Positions 24,901 through 36,691 of a stretch of 64,000 bases of DNA are shown here, in pieces. A model generated the notes under the pieces. The model did not search any database, was not told the DNA's origin, and was given only the letters and a program-made list of their open reading frames with translations. The stretch is from Paraspadella gotoi. Lineage: Eukaryota > Animalia > Chaetognatha. Each line of letters starts with the position of its first letter. Position 1 is the first letter of the stretch. The stretch covers positions 13,766,735 to 13,830,734 of the forward strand of contig CM119266.1 in assembly GCA_051294375.1 (NCBI GenBank). The letters run 5' to 3'. A program made the translations under genes and the position numbers.

Positions 24901-26607
24901 CTTGAAGATCTTTTTAAAATTAGATTTTTACCTATTTTTTCGAGAAAAAAAAATTTAAAAACTTTGAAAAAAGATTTTCTCTTACCGATTTTTAAAAGAA
25001 AATTAATGCTAGCTGATTATATCGAATTTTTTAACTATTTCCTAAAATGATTATAAGAAGAAAAAGCTTATCAGATGGTCAGAACCAGCTTAAGTTGAAA
25101 AGGCGTTTCAATGTTAGCGTTTCAGCTTTACCCCCCCTGGTCACGGTCCCCTTAAGAAGGTAGTTGTGAAGGAGGAAGGAAACTTTTTTTTTGAAATGAA
25201 TGGAAGTAGAAACGGAAACAGATTGATCAATGAACAAAGAAAGTATATGATTAAGAAAATAAGTTGTGTGACCGAGAATAAAAAAAATCAAAGAGATTGA
25301 CGAAGAGTGGATGTGAGAAAAAAAAAGAGAAAGCAAACCGCAGATGTTTTTTTCTTTTATTCTTATTTTCTCTTTTTCCCCCCTTTTTTTTTGCCTCCAA
25401 AGTGGAAAAAGATGTTCACGTCAACTCCAGAGACGTCGGGGAATAAGAAATCATCCTTTTATCTTGTTTACCTATAAAACGACTTAAACAACCATAAACA
25501 AACCCGTAACAAAAACCTAAAAAAAAANNNNNNNNNNNNNNNNNNNNNNNNNNNNNNNNNNNNNNNNNNNNNNNNNNNNNNNNNNNNNNNNNNNNNNNNN
25601 NNNNNNNNNNNNNNNNNNNNNNNNNNNNNNNNNNNNNNNNNNNNNNNNNNNNNNNNNNNNNNNNNNNNNNNNNCGTCGCAGTCACCTTCGACGCGCCTCG
25701 AGTCACGTTCCACGAACGCTGGTGAAACGTCTACGCTTTTATTTTTCGACGGATCTGAACTTGACGGTGGTCGGGACGGGAAGGAGATCCTCCAGCGGCG
25801 CCTCCGCCGGCAGGAGGCTCCAGTTCCTTTGTCCGGGAACGGGGGAGAAGTCGTGAACGTTGAACCAGTAGTTGTTCCAGGGGGAAAGACCGGCGGCGGA
25901 GAATTGGTCTGCGGACGAATCGAAAATGTCGCGTTAAATCTATCTAATATGTATTTAAATCATAAACCATAACATTAGTTAATCACTAATCAGTAAAATA
26001 AATATTTAGCTAGTAACAAGATCGACAAATCACGCGATAAATCATTCATTCATACATTCATTTATTCATTCTTAAAATTATTTTCTAGTCACCCCTCTCT
26101 CTACAACGACCACTTTCACACATAAACTGACTGACCTGGCAATTCCGGATAGTTGACCGTGAGGCAACCGAACCTCATGCTGGTCGAGCTCTCAATGATG
26201 GGCTGCGTGGCGCAGCAGAGTACCGAATTGACCCTCTTGCAGTCCCTGGTGCGGAACTGTTGGCAGGCGGCGAAGACGACGACGTCGACGCAGTCCCGAA
26301 CGAAGACGGACGTCTTGACGGCGGCGATGAAGACGGCGCACCTCTCGCAGTCGTCGATGGTGACGGTGTTGCAATGATCGAAGACGTAGATCTTCGAGTT
26401 GCGGCAGTTGCGCACGGAGAACTGCTCTCCGCCCACCTGGCCGGGTAGTCGACCCTCGACGGCGTCCTCGAGGCCGTCGAGGGCGTAGTCCCGCGCGTCG
26501 AGCCGCGTGCGTCTCTCGTCCCACGAATAAGTTTTGCGTTTTTTGTCGTCGTCGTCGTCGTTGTCTCGTTTCGACGAGTCGGAGAGGCGGTCGAGACACT
26601 GACCCAT
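21913..26607 (-). CDS. RP2: Protein XRP2 (RP2, ARL3 GAP; TBCC domain plus NDK-like domain); exons 26607-26136, 25908-(gap 25673), 22830-22735, 22274-22153, 22022-21913
   Basis: N-terminal MGQC acylation motif. TBCC domain with KTSVFVRDC, ACQQFRTRDC and CATQPIIESS. The next exon gives DQFSAAGLSPWNNYWFNVHDFSPVPGQRNWSLLP. Downstream exons ARELLRRL..LIRTCEIRISEDEAR / NIFQ..KAPLIGLEINGPNSINVC / ..YVSHVSSSSVDQIEKLFTNMDVKMAC* align with the human RP2 C-terminus. Splice phases are consistent; part of the CDS is lost in the gap 25528-25673. Confidence 0.93.
24260..25151. mobile_element. Non-autonomous Kolobok-like DNA transposon in an RP2 intron
   Basis: TTAA|GGGACCAGTGA ... TCACGGTCCCC|TTAA: short imperfect TIRs with GG..CC termini, TTAA target duplication and an AT-rich non-coding interior. 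Confidence 0.6.
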
Positions 26608-27514
26608 TGGCGCCGATTGGTGGCGGTCGTTTTGGGAAGGAGAATATGCGTTTTGTGAGAGGGGGTTTGGTGGGTCGACTGATCCAAAACGTGACTCTTA
26701 TTTTTCTTCTTTTTTTTTGTTTTCGTTTTTGCTTATTTTTTTTTCGTAAGACGGAAGACGTGGATACGTTTTGTTTATTAATTTTTTCCGATATGTTTTT
26801 TATTTAATTTTTGCGTAGCAGTTTTCATGGCGCACAGAACATTTAAATATAATTTCTGGTGAAACCAAAAAAAAAAAGAACCTCACGACGGTCATTTTAT
26901 TCGAAGTGAATTAGTAATGTCATAAATAAAATCAACGAGTAGATAAATAAAGGTCGTAGTGGCAACGTTAGTCAATGAGTAATTTTAAATTCATTTCATG
27001 TTAATGTGCGTTCAGATTCATAGGCGTAAGTTCTTCTAACGGGAACTAAATAATTTTTTATTAATAACATTTCGCTTTTTAAAAGTGCGTTTAATACTGG
27101 AAAAGTAGCTGTTATGATAAACTAAAGTCTAAATAAATTAATAGAATCAGAGAGAAGAAAGCGCAGTCAGAGAAATGAGCGGGTCAGTAAAGCTTTGAGA
27201 CAGGAATGTTTGCCGAAGAAAAAATAGGATGCGATAAGATGAAGTTTAATGAGAATTTTGATGATCTTTGTAACAACCAGTTTCCCCAAGGATAAATGGA
27301 TTCGCTGCTTCTAATTTACTCATTGAAACAAAACATTTGACCCAAAAAAAAAGAACGCGATATCACCTGAGGAAAACTATTTAAAGCAACTTAGTCAAAA
27401 AATACTTAAATAAATTAAACCAACACTTCACTAAAAACCCAGCAACCTGATGAATAAATTAAAAGCCACGACTTCACTTTTTCATCGGTAAAGATTAAAC
27501 TCCCTCTAAAACCA

Positions 27515-30500
27515 TCAGCACCACTCCTCCTCCTCCATTTCGTTCAAGGCTTGCTTCAACATCGTCGATGTCCCGTCCACAGCCTCGCTCCGCGCCCTTC
27601 GCAAGCCCATCCTCTTCACGACTGCGCTCCCTCGATCACAGCCATTGGTTTTCGGACGAATGTCCTTGGATCTCGTTTGGAGCGGCTCGTCGAAGCCTTC
27701 GAAGGACGTCGCCGTGGGAGACTTCGGGTCGCGAACCTGCATCTTCGACTGCAGCATCCGGAGTTTGTGAAGAAGTTCCGCTTTTTCTTTGGTCCACTGC
27801 TTCTCGGCGTTTTGGAGGCGTTCCGTTTGAAGTCGCAACTGTTGTTGTTTTTTAATTTAAATTAACAAAGGTTTTTGAATTTTTTACAACGATTATTTAT
27901 AGTACAATGCAGACATGTTTCGGCTCACAATTTCCAGCCTCTAAGTCAGCGCTGACATTAAGGCTGGAAATTGTGAGCCGAAACATGTCTGCATTGTACT
28001 ATAAGAAATCGTTGTAAAAAAAAAATTCAAAAACAGTTGTTAATCTCTCAAAAGTCAAAACAACGAAATAAAAATTAATCAAAAATTAAAACCACAAACA
28101 ACGAAATCTGAAATGTTCTTTTGTTTTCGTTTACTTGTTCGTTCTCGTTGTTCATCGCGTCCAACTCGAAGATGAGCATCTCGAAGTCTTCCTTCATGGC
28201 GCCGAGTTCCAGTCGCAACTCCTCCTTCTCCAGCCCCATCGCCTCCTTCTTCCGCATCACGACGAGATGCAGGGTCTTCGCAGCGTCGACCGTCGTCTCC
28301 GTCCTCTCTCCATCTTCGTCGAGATTCTTGACGATTCGTCCGAACTCTATCTCGTCGCAGTTCCACACTGGGCGTCCGTCCGCCTCAAGTATAGCGTCGC
28401 GTTTCCGCAACGGGAGCCCTTCCTTGACGTGCGCGACCCGCAGCGGCTCGTCGACGTCCTTTCTGACAAGGAACTGCGGGATTTGATCGGGATTGAGGCT
28501 CACGGATTCGAGAGTTTGATGAGCGTCGTCGATTTCGATCTCTGAGTCGCGAATCGAAAGAATCCTTCGCAGGGTCAAAGTGTGTCGATTTCCACGACCT
28601 CTGGACGAAATCGCCTCGGCCTTCAATCTCTCCGCCTCCTCCAACCGTCTCCTCATCTCCTCCGCTGCTTCGTCCTTTCTCCTGAGGGCACCGTTGAGAT
28701 CCTCCAGCTGTGTCGCCATTTCCATCAGCTGTTGGAGTCTCTTGTCCTTCTCCTCCAGCGCCGACTTCATCAGCGCCATCTCGCGAGTCGACTCGCCGGC
28801 GTAGACGCTCGATTCCGAGACGGCGTTGGGACGATCCTCGGCGCTCCTTTCGGCTCCGTCCGGTGGCAGGAGAGACGGCGGCGCCGTCGCGGAGTGCCGC
28901 TGCCAGGTGGACCGTTGACTCGGCGGCGACGTAGTGGAAGAAACTCCGCCGGCGTCGATTCGTCTTCTGGCGGCGACGGGCGACGCCGCGCGACCTGACG
29001 GCGGACTCCGCTTGGGGAGAAACGAGATTCTATTCTCGAGCGACGCCGGATTTCGAAGCGGCGATGGCGTGGATAAAGGCGTCGAAATGTTATCAAAGCG
29101 GCGTCGTAAATCTTGATCCTCTTCCTCTTCTTCCCTTCCGTCCGTCAACAGCGACCTCTCTATTTGCGCCATGTCCGCCTCCATCGACGACAGACGCTCG
29201 AATTTCGGCGTCAAATCTTCGTCGACGATCGACGCCGCAGACTTTCGATCACCCAAGAGTCCGTCGAAGTCGAATTCGTCGCCGGAATCCTCGACGAGAC
29301 TTTGGGCGTCGCCGAGAAACGATCCGAGGGCGTCGCGGGGACAAAGACGAAAGACGCCGCGTCCAACGGCGCCGATCTGGCGAGCGGCGTCGAATTCACC
29401 AATTACGGCGCCGTCCTCGCCGACCTCTAGCAGCGCGAAGACCGAAGACTCCACGTTGCGCATGCGCAGTTTGCGCAAAGCGATCGTCAACACGTCTTCG
29501 CCGCGACTTCCAGGAGAAACGGGGAAGGAGAGGGTCTTCGTCGCCGCGTTGACGTGGCACGTGACGCGGATGAGAGAACCTGACATCGTTGGAGAATTTG
29601 TGTTTTAAAATTACAANNNNNNNNNNACATCGTTGGAGAATTCGTGCTTTAAAATTACAAAATTACATTTCTTTTTCCTGATTTTTTTTTTCTAAATCAA
29701 TGATATCATCAGCGGAAAGAGATATTCCCCCCTCTCTCCCACTCGTCCTCTGCCCCTTGCCCCAAGCACCAAAGGCGATCGAACGACGGACCAATGGGGA
29801 CGAAGCAGAAAATGAAATAAAAAGAGCAGAAGCAGGACTAGGGCAAGGGGAAGAGCTGAAGGATCGGGCGAAAGGATAAAACTTTATTTCATCGCTTGCG
29901 CTCGCTCCGTAGAATGAATGATAATAATCATTTAAAACTTTACCATCGAATATAGAAGTGTAACTGCGGAATATCACTTTTTTATCTCAAAAGTTCCGTC
30001 TTTTTTTTGTCTCACATTATCCACTCCAGTTTATCTTCTCGCTCCTTACTATCTCTCTCCCATTGGTCTATTTCTTGAAATCGATATCTCAGCTGTGAAG
30101 ACTCTCTCTCTCTCTCTTACAAGCTCTAAAACTCACCCTCCGCCTGGCGCAATTCGAATCGGTACGAATGCTCGGCCGGCCAATGTTCCTGGACGCCGGC
30201 CGGGCAGTCGAAACATCCTAAGGGCGCCTCCAAGTCGTCAACGGAAGCGTCGCGGACGACGAGGTAAAATAGACTAGGATCTTCCGTGCAGTCGTGCCTT
30301 TTTGTTATTTAAATGAAATTGTCCGCTATAGCGCTGCTACAAGATCGAGCTAAAAAAACAAGAGGCCAACTTACCGATCGAGCAAAGACTGAACCGCGTC
30401 GGAAGCAGTCGTCGTTCCGTCAATTCCGAGAGGAGTGGAATCAAGAATCCGCGGATCGATCAGATTGTGCCAAATGACGATCGTAGTATTTTTAGTGGCT

Positions 30501-31081
30501 GTTTAAAAGGTAATACTGTTTAAATTTATATGTTTTTTTGTTGATTTTTTTTTCTCACCTTCTCTTCTCGCTGAGCCGCTCGCCGATCTCTTCACCATCT
30601 CCTTTAACTTTTCACCGAGTCCGCTTCTGCTTCTCTTCCCGCTGCCGCTACTTCCCCCGCTTCCGCCGCCGCGGCCTCCTCGCTCTCTACAAACGTTGTG
30701 AATGTGATGCTGCGGCTTCGGAATTTGGCGCGGCGTTTCCTCGTCGTGTCGTTCGACTATCGTGGTTTTCACGCTCAACGGTGGCGGCTCCCGCGACAAG
30801 ACGATCGCCGCGCCGCCCTCTCGTCCTAGATTGGCGTCCTTGTTCTCTTTTTTTGGCGACGTCACCAGCGACCGAGTCCGCGGCGCCGGAGATGGCGTCG
30901 CGGCGTCGCGAATGGGACCGCTTTCGGTCCCTCGGCGCGGATTGATCGTCGGGGGCGAATCTTTACGAAGTAGATGGGCGCTTTGCAGATTGTAGAGTTT
31001 GTTGACGAACGTCTTCTTGTCTTGCGTGCTGGTCAAGCCTAGGCCGCGCAGGGGGTCGTGTTCTAGGAACGATTTGGCCAT
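27515..31081 (-). CDS. Multidomain scaffold, about 858 aa: SAM-like fragment, RA, RA, coiled coil, PDZ-like, coiled coil; exons 31081-30559, 30498-30375, 30297-30137, 29579-28135, 27838-27515
   Basis: All four introns are GT-AG with matching phases (1,2,1,0), joining three separate track ORFs and two small unlisted exons. RA-like 1: IDGTTTASDAVQSLLDR..EDPSLFYL..CPAGVQEHW..RFELR. RA-like 2: IRVTC..KTLSFPVSPGSRGEDVLTIALRKL..FALLEV. PDZ-like: LRVAHVKEGLPLRKRDAILEADGRPV..LHLVVMR. The 5' end is uncertain. Confidence 0.78.
27871..28034. repeat. Near-perfect ~165 bp palindrome in an intron with two back-to-back hammerhead-like cores (Penelope-like element remnant?)
   Basis: Arms are reverse complements about gtcagc|gctgac (27950/27951); each strand reads CTGAC-nnn-RA-GGCT-loop-AGCC-GAAAC-AT-GTC. 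Confidence 0.75.
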
Positions 31082-31910
31082 CTTGGAAAGGGCCGACTTT
31101 GCGTCATCCCGAGAAAAAGTTTAAATAATAAATAAATACGTTTTTGTTCATAGCTGCGAGTTAAAAATATATTTAGTTAAAGATTAAAGTTGATTGAGAT
31201 AAAATTTGTTAGAATCTTTGATTGATTTTCACGTTAATAAATGGATGGATGCGAGTTTATCATTATTATGTCTTATTAGATTTTTGGTTGAAGTTACGAT
31301 AGTAATTAACAAGTAAAGTATATTATTAACATGACTCAAGCACTGAGTCATGGTAGGAATAAATAAATTAAATAGTAGTATTCGTTCGTTCCATGATATT
31401 CGTTGAAAATAAAGATGTAGACAGTGTGAACTTGTACAAGAATCAAGGAGACATGACAATTAACCTAAGATTTCACATTCAATTATAAATTTTAATAACA
31501 ATTCGATACAAATATTTCTCCAGCGAGAAAAGCGCAAAAGCTAACGAGTATAGTCATAGAAATCTAAAAAAATACATTAATCTAATTGTACGAAAGCAAC
31601 CTAAACAATAAACGTCATGGCTAAAGATGGCAGCCTTTGCCGCCAAAATGTCTATAAATGCAGAGTGCGCGGGAATAGCTCATGCTGAAATCCGCCAATA
31701 AAACACCAGTAAAAGTATTCATCATTTAGTATTATTAATAGGTAGTATTTTTTTACCAGAGTTTCATGCGCAAAGCGCATGCAATAAGCAAGTTCTAATC
31801 AAAAGATGAGATATATGCATTATGCAATTATGCATGCTTTTCAACTTGACAGAAAGCTTCAAGCAGGGATTAAAGTATTTAAGCTTTCCCTCTTTTCATC
31901 AAAAATTTTT

Positions 31911-33911
31911 TTACATTCCGCTGGCCTCTGGAACCTTGGCCTTATGATGTAGCCTGGCCCTTTGAAGGATCTGGGTTCTCCTCTTCCTCTCGGCCGCCTT
32001 GTTTCCAGGCATCGCCTGATTAAGAGCCGGTAGCGTCATCTCCTCCTTGACCGGCACATAGGCGTCTGAAGGTACGCGCTTGGTTCTCTGCCGCAGCTCA
32101 ATCCGCGGCAGGGACGTAGACGGCTGCGCCGCTGCCGCCTCCCTCGTGGTCGACGCCGCGGCCTCCCTCGTCAGATCCATGACGTATGCCCTTGCCAGCA
32201 AAAACGCGTCGGGGCTCCATTTATTCGAGTCCAGCAACTCCCGCAGGTCGGCTTTGAGCTTGCGTAGCTCGCCCAGGCGCTCATCAGCGACCCGCTTCAA
32301 GTGCCGCGAGATAACGGCACATTCCTGCAGCGTCGGGACGCGGCCCCGGGCCCCGTCGACGGGGAAAACCTGCAGTGGCAGGATGGTGGCTTTGATTTCT
32401 CCCACGTGAATCAAGTTGTCGTCGGAGCGAAGTTCGTCGACGTCCTTGACTTCTTTGTTCGGGGGTGGTGCTCCTCTACCTCCTCCGCCGCCGTCTCTGC
32501 CACCTCCACCTCCACCGCCTCCCTTAACTCCTCCTCCAACGGCTCCACTGACGCCTCCGCCGCCGAGCCCCTTTTTCGGCGAAACGCTCTTTAAAAATTT
32601 TCTCCCGACCAATCCTTCGCGCCCTCGCTCGGCGGGTGGGTCTCCGCCCTCGCTGCGAAAGGACGTCTCGGCAAAGGCGCCTCTCGCGATGGCCGTCGTC
32701 GACATTGTCGTCGTGTCCAAACTTCCGACCCGTCGTAGTGGGTCTTCGCTCCAACCGCTCCTCATCCCGCCACCCCCGCCGCCTCCGGCGAACGAGTGTA
32801 GGTTGAGTGCGAGGGTGTCTTCCGTGCGCGGGGTGTCGACGGGAAGTTCCGAAACTCGCTCTCGCTCAGTGTCCAACTCTCCGCCGACTAGGAGAGGCTC
32901 CGTGAGCGAGGCGTTGGTGACGGAGATCTCCTCGACGGAGACGTTGATGTTGGCCGCTTCCGCAGCCTCGACCGCCGCTTCAGCCTCCGCCTCCGCCTCA
33001 GCGGGATCCTCGGAAAACGTCACGCTCTCCAGGAGGTCAAGCCTGTCGGACATTTTGGAAATCTCGAGCTCCTTCTCCGCGAGGAGTTCCTGCAGCTTCT
33101 CCTCGCCCCGCTGCAGGTTCTCGTGCTTGTTGGAGAGGGTCATGTAGCGACTCCTCGATTCCCTAAGCTGCCCCTTCAGGTCCTTGACCTCCTCCTCCAG
33201 CAGAGCAATCTTGGCCTCCGCTTCTAGACTCGTCGGGCTGAATCCAGCTCGACGAAGATCCACCACCGACGGGCGTCTTGAGGCGGGCGACCCGCCACCC
33301 GCTACTTGGAGAAGCCCATTACCGCCGATCCCCGCTGCCTCTATCGATCGCGGGGAGTCGCCTTCGCCGCCGCCGCCGCGCTGCCGCACGATCAACCGGA
33401 TGTGGAGGTCCTTGTTTTTTCTCTTCAACTCGTCAATCTCGGCGTGCAGCGCCTGCAGCACTTCCGTGTGTTGATTCTTAAGAAATCGAAGGCTGCGTTC
33501 GAGGTGCGAGACGCGGTTGCCGGCCTCCTCCAACGCTGCCTCCGCCGCCGTCGTCCGTTTCCCGCCCGCCACCGCCTTGCCGGCGCGTTTGGGCGGAGAA
33601 TCGGCGAAGGAGGATTGAGGCGCCAAGCGGTTAGACTCGGGACCGTCGCTTCTGTTTCCCTGCGGAGCGTTGCCCGGTCCGCCCGGGTAGCCGATTCCGG
33701 CGGCTCCTCTTCCGGCTTTTCCGCCGCCTCCGCCACCTCGGCCACCCCTATCACCCGCCGCGCCTCCACCTCCACCCCTTCCACCACCGACGCCCTTTGT
33801 TTGAAGCTGATGCTGTGGAATGGGCGGGAGATCTTCCTTGGAGGTTGACAGCACCGCCACCTGCTCTTGGACCAGGCCGGGCTTCACTATCGCCGTCCGG
33901 GCGAGGGTCAT
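31911..33911 (-). CDS. CCDC74: Coiled-coil domain-containing protein 74-like, 666 aa uninterrupted ORF
   Basis: CCDC92/74-type N-terminal coil RVSHLERSLRFLKNQHTEVLQALHAEIDELKRKNKDL. C-terminal PTLQECAVISRHL..LKADLRELL..WSPDAFLLARAY..LPAL..AERKRRTQILQRARL is typical of CCDC74. An additional 5' exon cannot be excluded. Confidence 0.82.
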   Translation of the reverse strand: MTLARTAIVKPGLVQEQVAVLSTSKEDLPPIPQHQLQTKGVGGGRGGGGGAAGDRGGRGGGGGGKAGRGAAGIGYPGGPGNAPQGNRSDGPESNRLAPQSSFADSPPKRAGKAVAGGKRTTAAEAALEEAGNRVSHLERSLRFLKNQHTEVLQALHAEIDELKRKNKDLHIRLIVRQRGGGGEGDSPRSIEAAGIGGNGLLQVAGGGSPASRRPSVVDLRRAGFSPTSLEAEAKIALLEEEVKDLKGQLRESRSRYMTLSNKHENLQRGEEKLQELLAEKELEISKMSDRLDLLESVTFSEDPAEAEAEAEAAVEAAEAANINVSVEEISVTNASLTEPLLVGGELDTERERVSELPVDTPRTEDTLALNLHSFAGGGGGGGMRSGWSEDPLRRVGSLDTTTMSTTAIARGAFAETSFRSEGGDPPAERGREGLVGRKFLKSVSPKKGLGGGGVSGAVGGGVKGGGGGGGGRDGGGGGRGAPPPNKEVKDVDELRSDDNLIHVGEIKATILPLQVFPVDGARGRVPTLQECAVISRHLKRVADERLGELRKLKADLRELLDSNKWSPDAFLLARAYVMDLTREAAASTTREAAAAQPSTSLPRIELRQRTKRVPSDAYVPVKEEMTLPALNQAMPGNKAAERKRRTQILQRARLHHKAKVPEASGM

Positions 33912-34329
33912 CGTCGTGTTGGGGTCATCCTTCGGAGTTTTTGGTTTTTTTGATTGTCGAGGAATATATAGAGACTTTGTCTTTATTGCAATAAATAATT
34001 ATATATATATATGGTATATGATTTGGGTATTTATTGTCGTCGGGTGACTTAAAAAGGTGCAGTGGATCTGAAAAAAGGAAAAAAAAATGTCATGAAAAGG
34101 AGAAAGTTCAGCTCGGTCACGATAGAAAAAAAACACATCAATGTTCCTTGGCATTCGTTAAAACGAAATTTTTGTTCGTGAATTTTTATTGACTTAAAAT
34201 GATCACATTTAAAAATGTCAACGGTTGAGTTGGAAAGTTTAAATCGAGGGAAAAAATCAATAAAAAAGGTTCGGAATTCCAAACCCGCCACGACTCGGCT
34301 CTCAATTCCGAAAGGAAAGAGCGTCGCCG

Positions 34330-34343
34330 GTTGCCTTGGCAAC
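34330..34343. promoter_or_regulatory. RFX X-box GTTGCCTTGGCAAC upstream of CCDC74-like
   Basis: One mismatch from the canonical palindrome GTTGCCATGGCAAC, about 420 nt upstream of the ATG of a cilia-associated gene. Confidence 0.65.
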
Positions 34344-34673
34344 GGCTTCTTTCGACTCGGAACGACAGGCACCACCTCCAGCTTGGAAAGACGACGACGA
34401 CGATGACGACGATAAAATCGACGACGATGAATAAATTCGAGACCAGTTTTATTAATGTTAGTTTTTGTTGTTGTTTTGTTGTTTTTTAATAATAATAATA
34501 TATAATATGGATTTGTTTTTAAAAATTTTCGAGCGTTGCTTAGCATTTTATTATTTATCAGAATTTTTTAAAAAAATTATTGAGTCGGAATTATAAATTC
34601 AGTTTGATGTATGCAGAATCACATCGTTTTGATTCTTTCTTCTGTTCCAGACTTGCTATGACTCACCATTACG

Positions 34674-34759
<86 letters not shown>

Positions 34760-35003
34760 GAGAGAGAGAGAAGAGGAGAGCGCTTTTCTTCCACCACGAA
34801 AGCCACTATCTATCGGAAAACAATAGCAAAAGCCGAAAAGCTTTTTTCATTACTCACTTCTAGGGGGGGGGTGTTTGGGGGCGAAAGGACTAGGGAAATC
34901 TTTGTGGGGTGACGGAGCCATAAAGACAATGCGAGATATTTAACGTCGTTTGTGATGAACTGTTATGTCGTTATCGACTTAGAAAACAATGGTATTGTCG
35001 TGG

Positions 35004-35104
<101 letters not shown>

Positions 35105-36413
35105 TACAATGAAAGAATCGTTTCGCCAAACATGTTTGCTACAAATGATTACGCTGTGGCTTTATCGTTAAGTTTATATTGTCAGCGAATTCACTTTTTG
35201 TTGCTCCTGGAGAGGATAGGGTTTCAGAAATAATATTTGCCTCAACATCATTATCATCACCATCATCATCATCCGCAATATAATCATCATACGATCATCA
35301 CAATGACTTATGGTCGTCGTCATTGACAACAACAACAAAAAATTTCAGCCTCATTGTCATCGTCCAGGGATTTTCATTTGTCACCGCATCTCTCCGCCTC
35401 CTGCCTGCAGACCCCATTCATNNNNNNNNNNNNNNNNNNNNNNNNNNNNNNNNNNNNNNNNNNNNNNNNNNNNNNNNNNNNNNNNNNNNNNTGCATTGTA
35501 CCCGCATCGACGAAAGCGCGAATTTTACGTCATCCGCAATCCGCGTGATTTCGATCGGCAATCGTCAAAAAACGATCGTCAAACGTTTTTAGTTCTTCTG
35601 CTGATTATCATTTACGTTGTCGTTGTTCTCGTTTTCGTTTAAAATTCTCCTGGCGTATTTGATAATCAATTATTTATAGCTATCGTTGTTTTTATCAAGG
35701 AAAAGAGATTGCCTACACTCAGCGTGAAAATAATTTCCGTGGAAACACAATCACTGAGACAGAGAGAGAAAGAGAGAGAAAGATAGGAAAAGAAAGAGAA
35801 AGAGAGAGAGAGAAAGAGAGAGAGAGAGGGCCAAAGGTGGGGGAGAATTAATTACAGGCAATTTTACAAGGATCTCTATTCGCTTTACAAAGTAATATGT
35901 AATATTTAATGGCATCGTTTATCTCCATTGCCAGCTCGTCGTTGTATTCCATTCACGATTCTGTCTTTGGCCAATTTTCGATCCGACGTCTGTTTGTTTT
36001 TCTTATCTTCTATCGGAAAAAAAAGGCAAACAATCAAACGAGCGGAATCTGCCGGATATATTGGGCGGGAGTTTGGTCGGGAGTTGTTATCCGGGATTCG
36101 GCCGGAATCGAACCGGATTTGAGGGCGGAAAGAACAACGTCCCGAATCTCTGAAATGAGGAGGGTGATCCCTCGTCCAAGGCTTTTGTTAACATCAACAA
36201 CGACAACGAAAATAAATCAACAACGGCGGCGTCGAATGAATTCCGATCCCGTAATTTCGCAATTTCATTTAACCTTTTTTTTTCTCTAGCGGAAAATGAA
36301 GTCGATGCGGAATTCGAAACGAATGCGACACACTGTTGAGCTGATCGGGAAATATTAAAGATGTGGTTTATGTATATGAAATTGGTACAACCAATATAAA
36401 AATTATCCAAAAA

Positions 36414-36445
<32 letters not shown>

Positions 36446-36627
36446 AAATTATCATATTATATAACATATGACCAAAAATTATTAATTATAGGTTTCAAGA
36501 TAAATTAAAAACTAAAAAACGAGGCCCAAATTTACTTATACTAATTCCGAAAGGTCTGAGGGAGTGTTTTGCCTCCGGAAAAAAAAATCACAGGGGCAAA
36601 ACTGACTTGTTTAATATTTATCCTCGG

Positions 36628-36691
<64 letters not shown>

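Noticed and set aside
29584-29662. 34-bp direct repeat around an 11-N gap, and the ATG at 29586 as a gene start
   Set aside because: The repeat is probably a contig-overlap artefact. ATGTCAG more likely ends an intron, because the phase matches the upstream RA exon.
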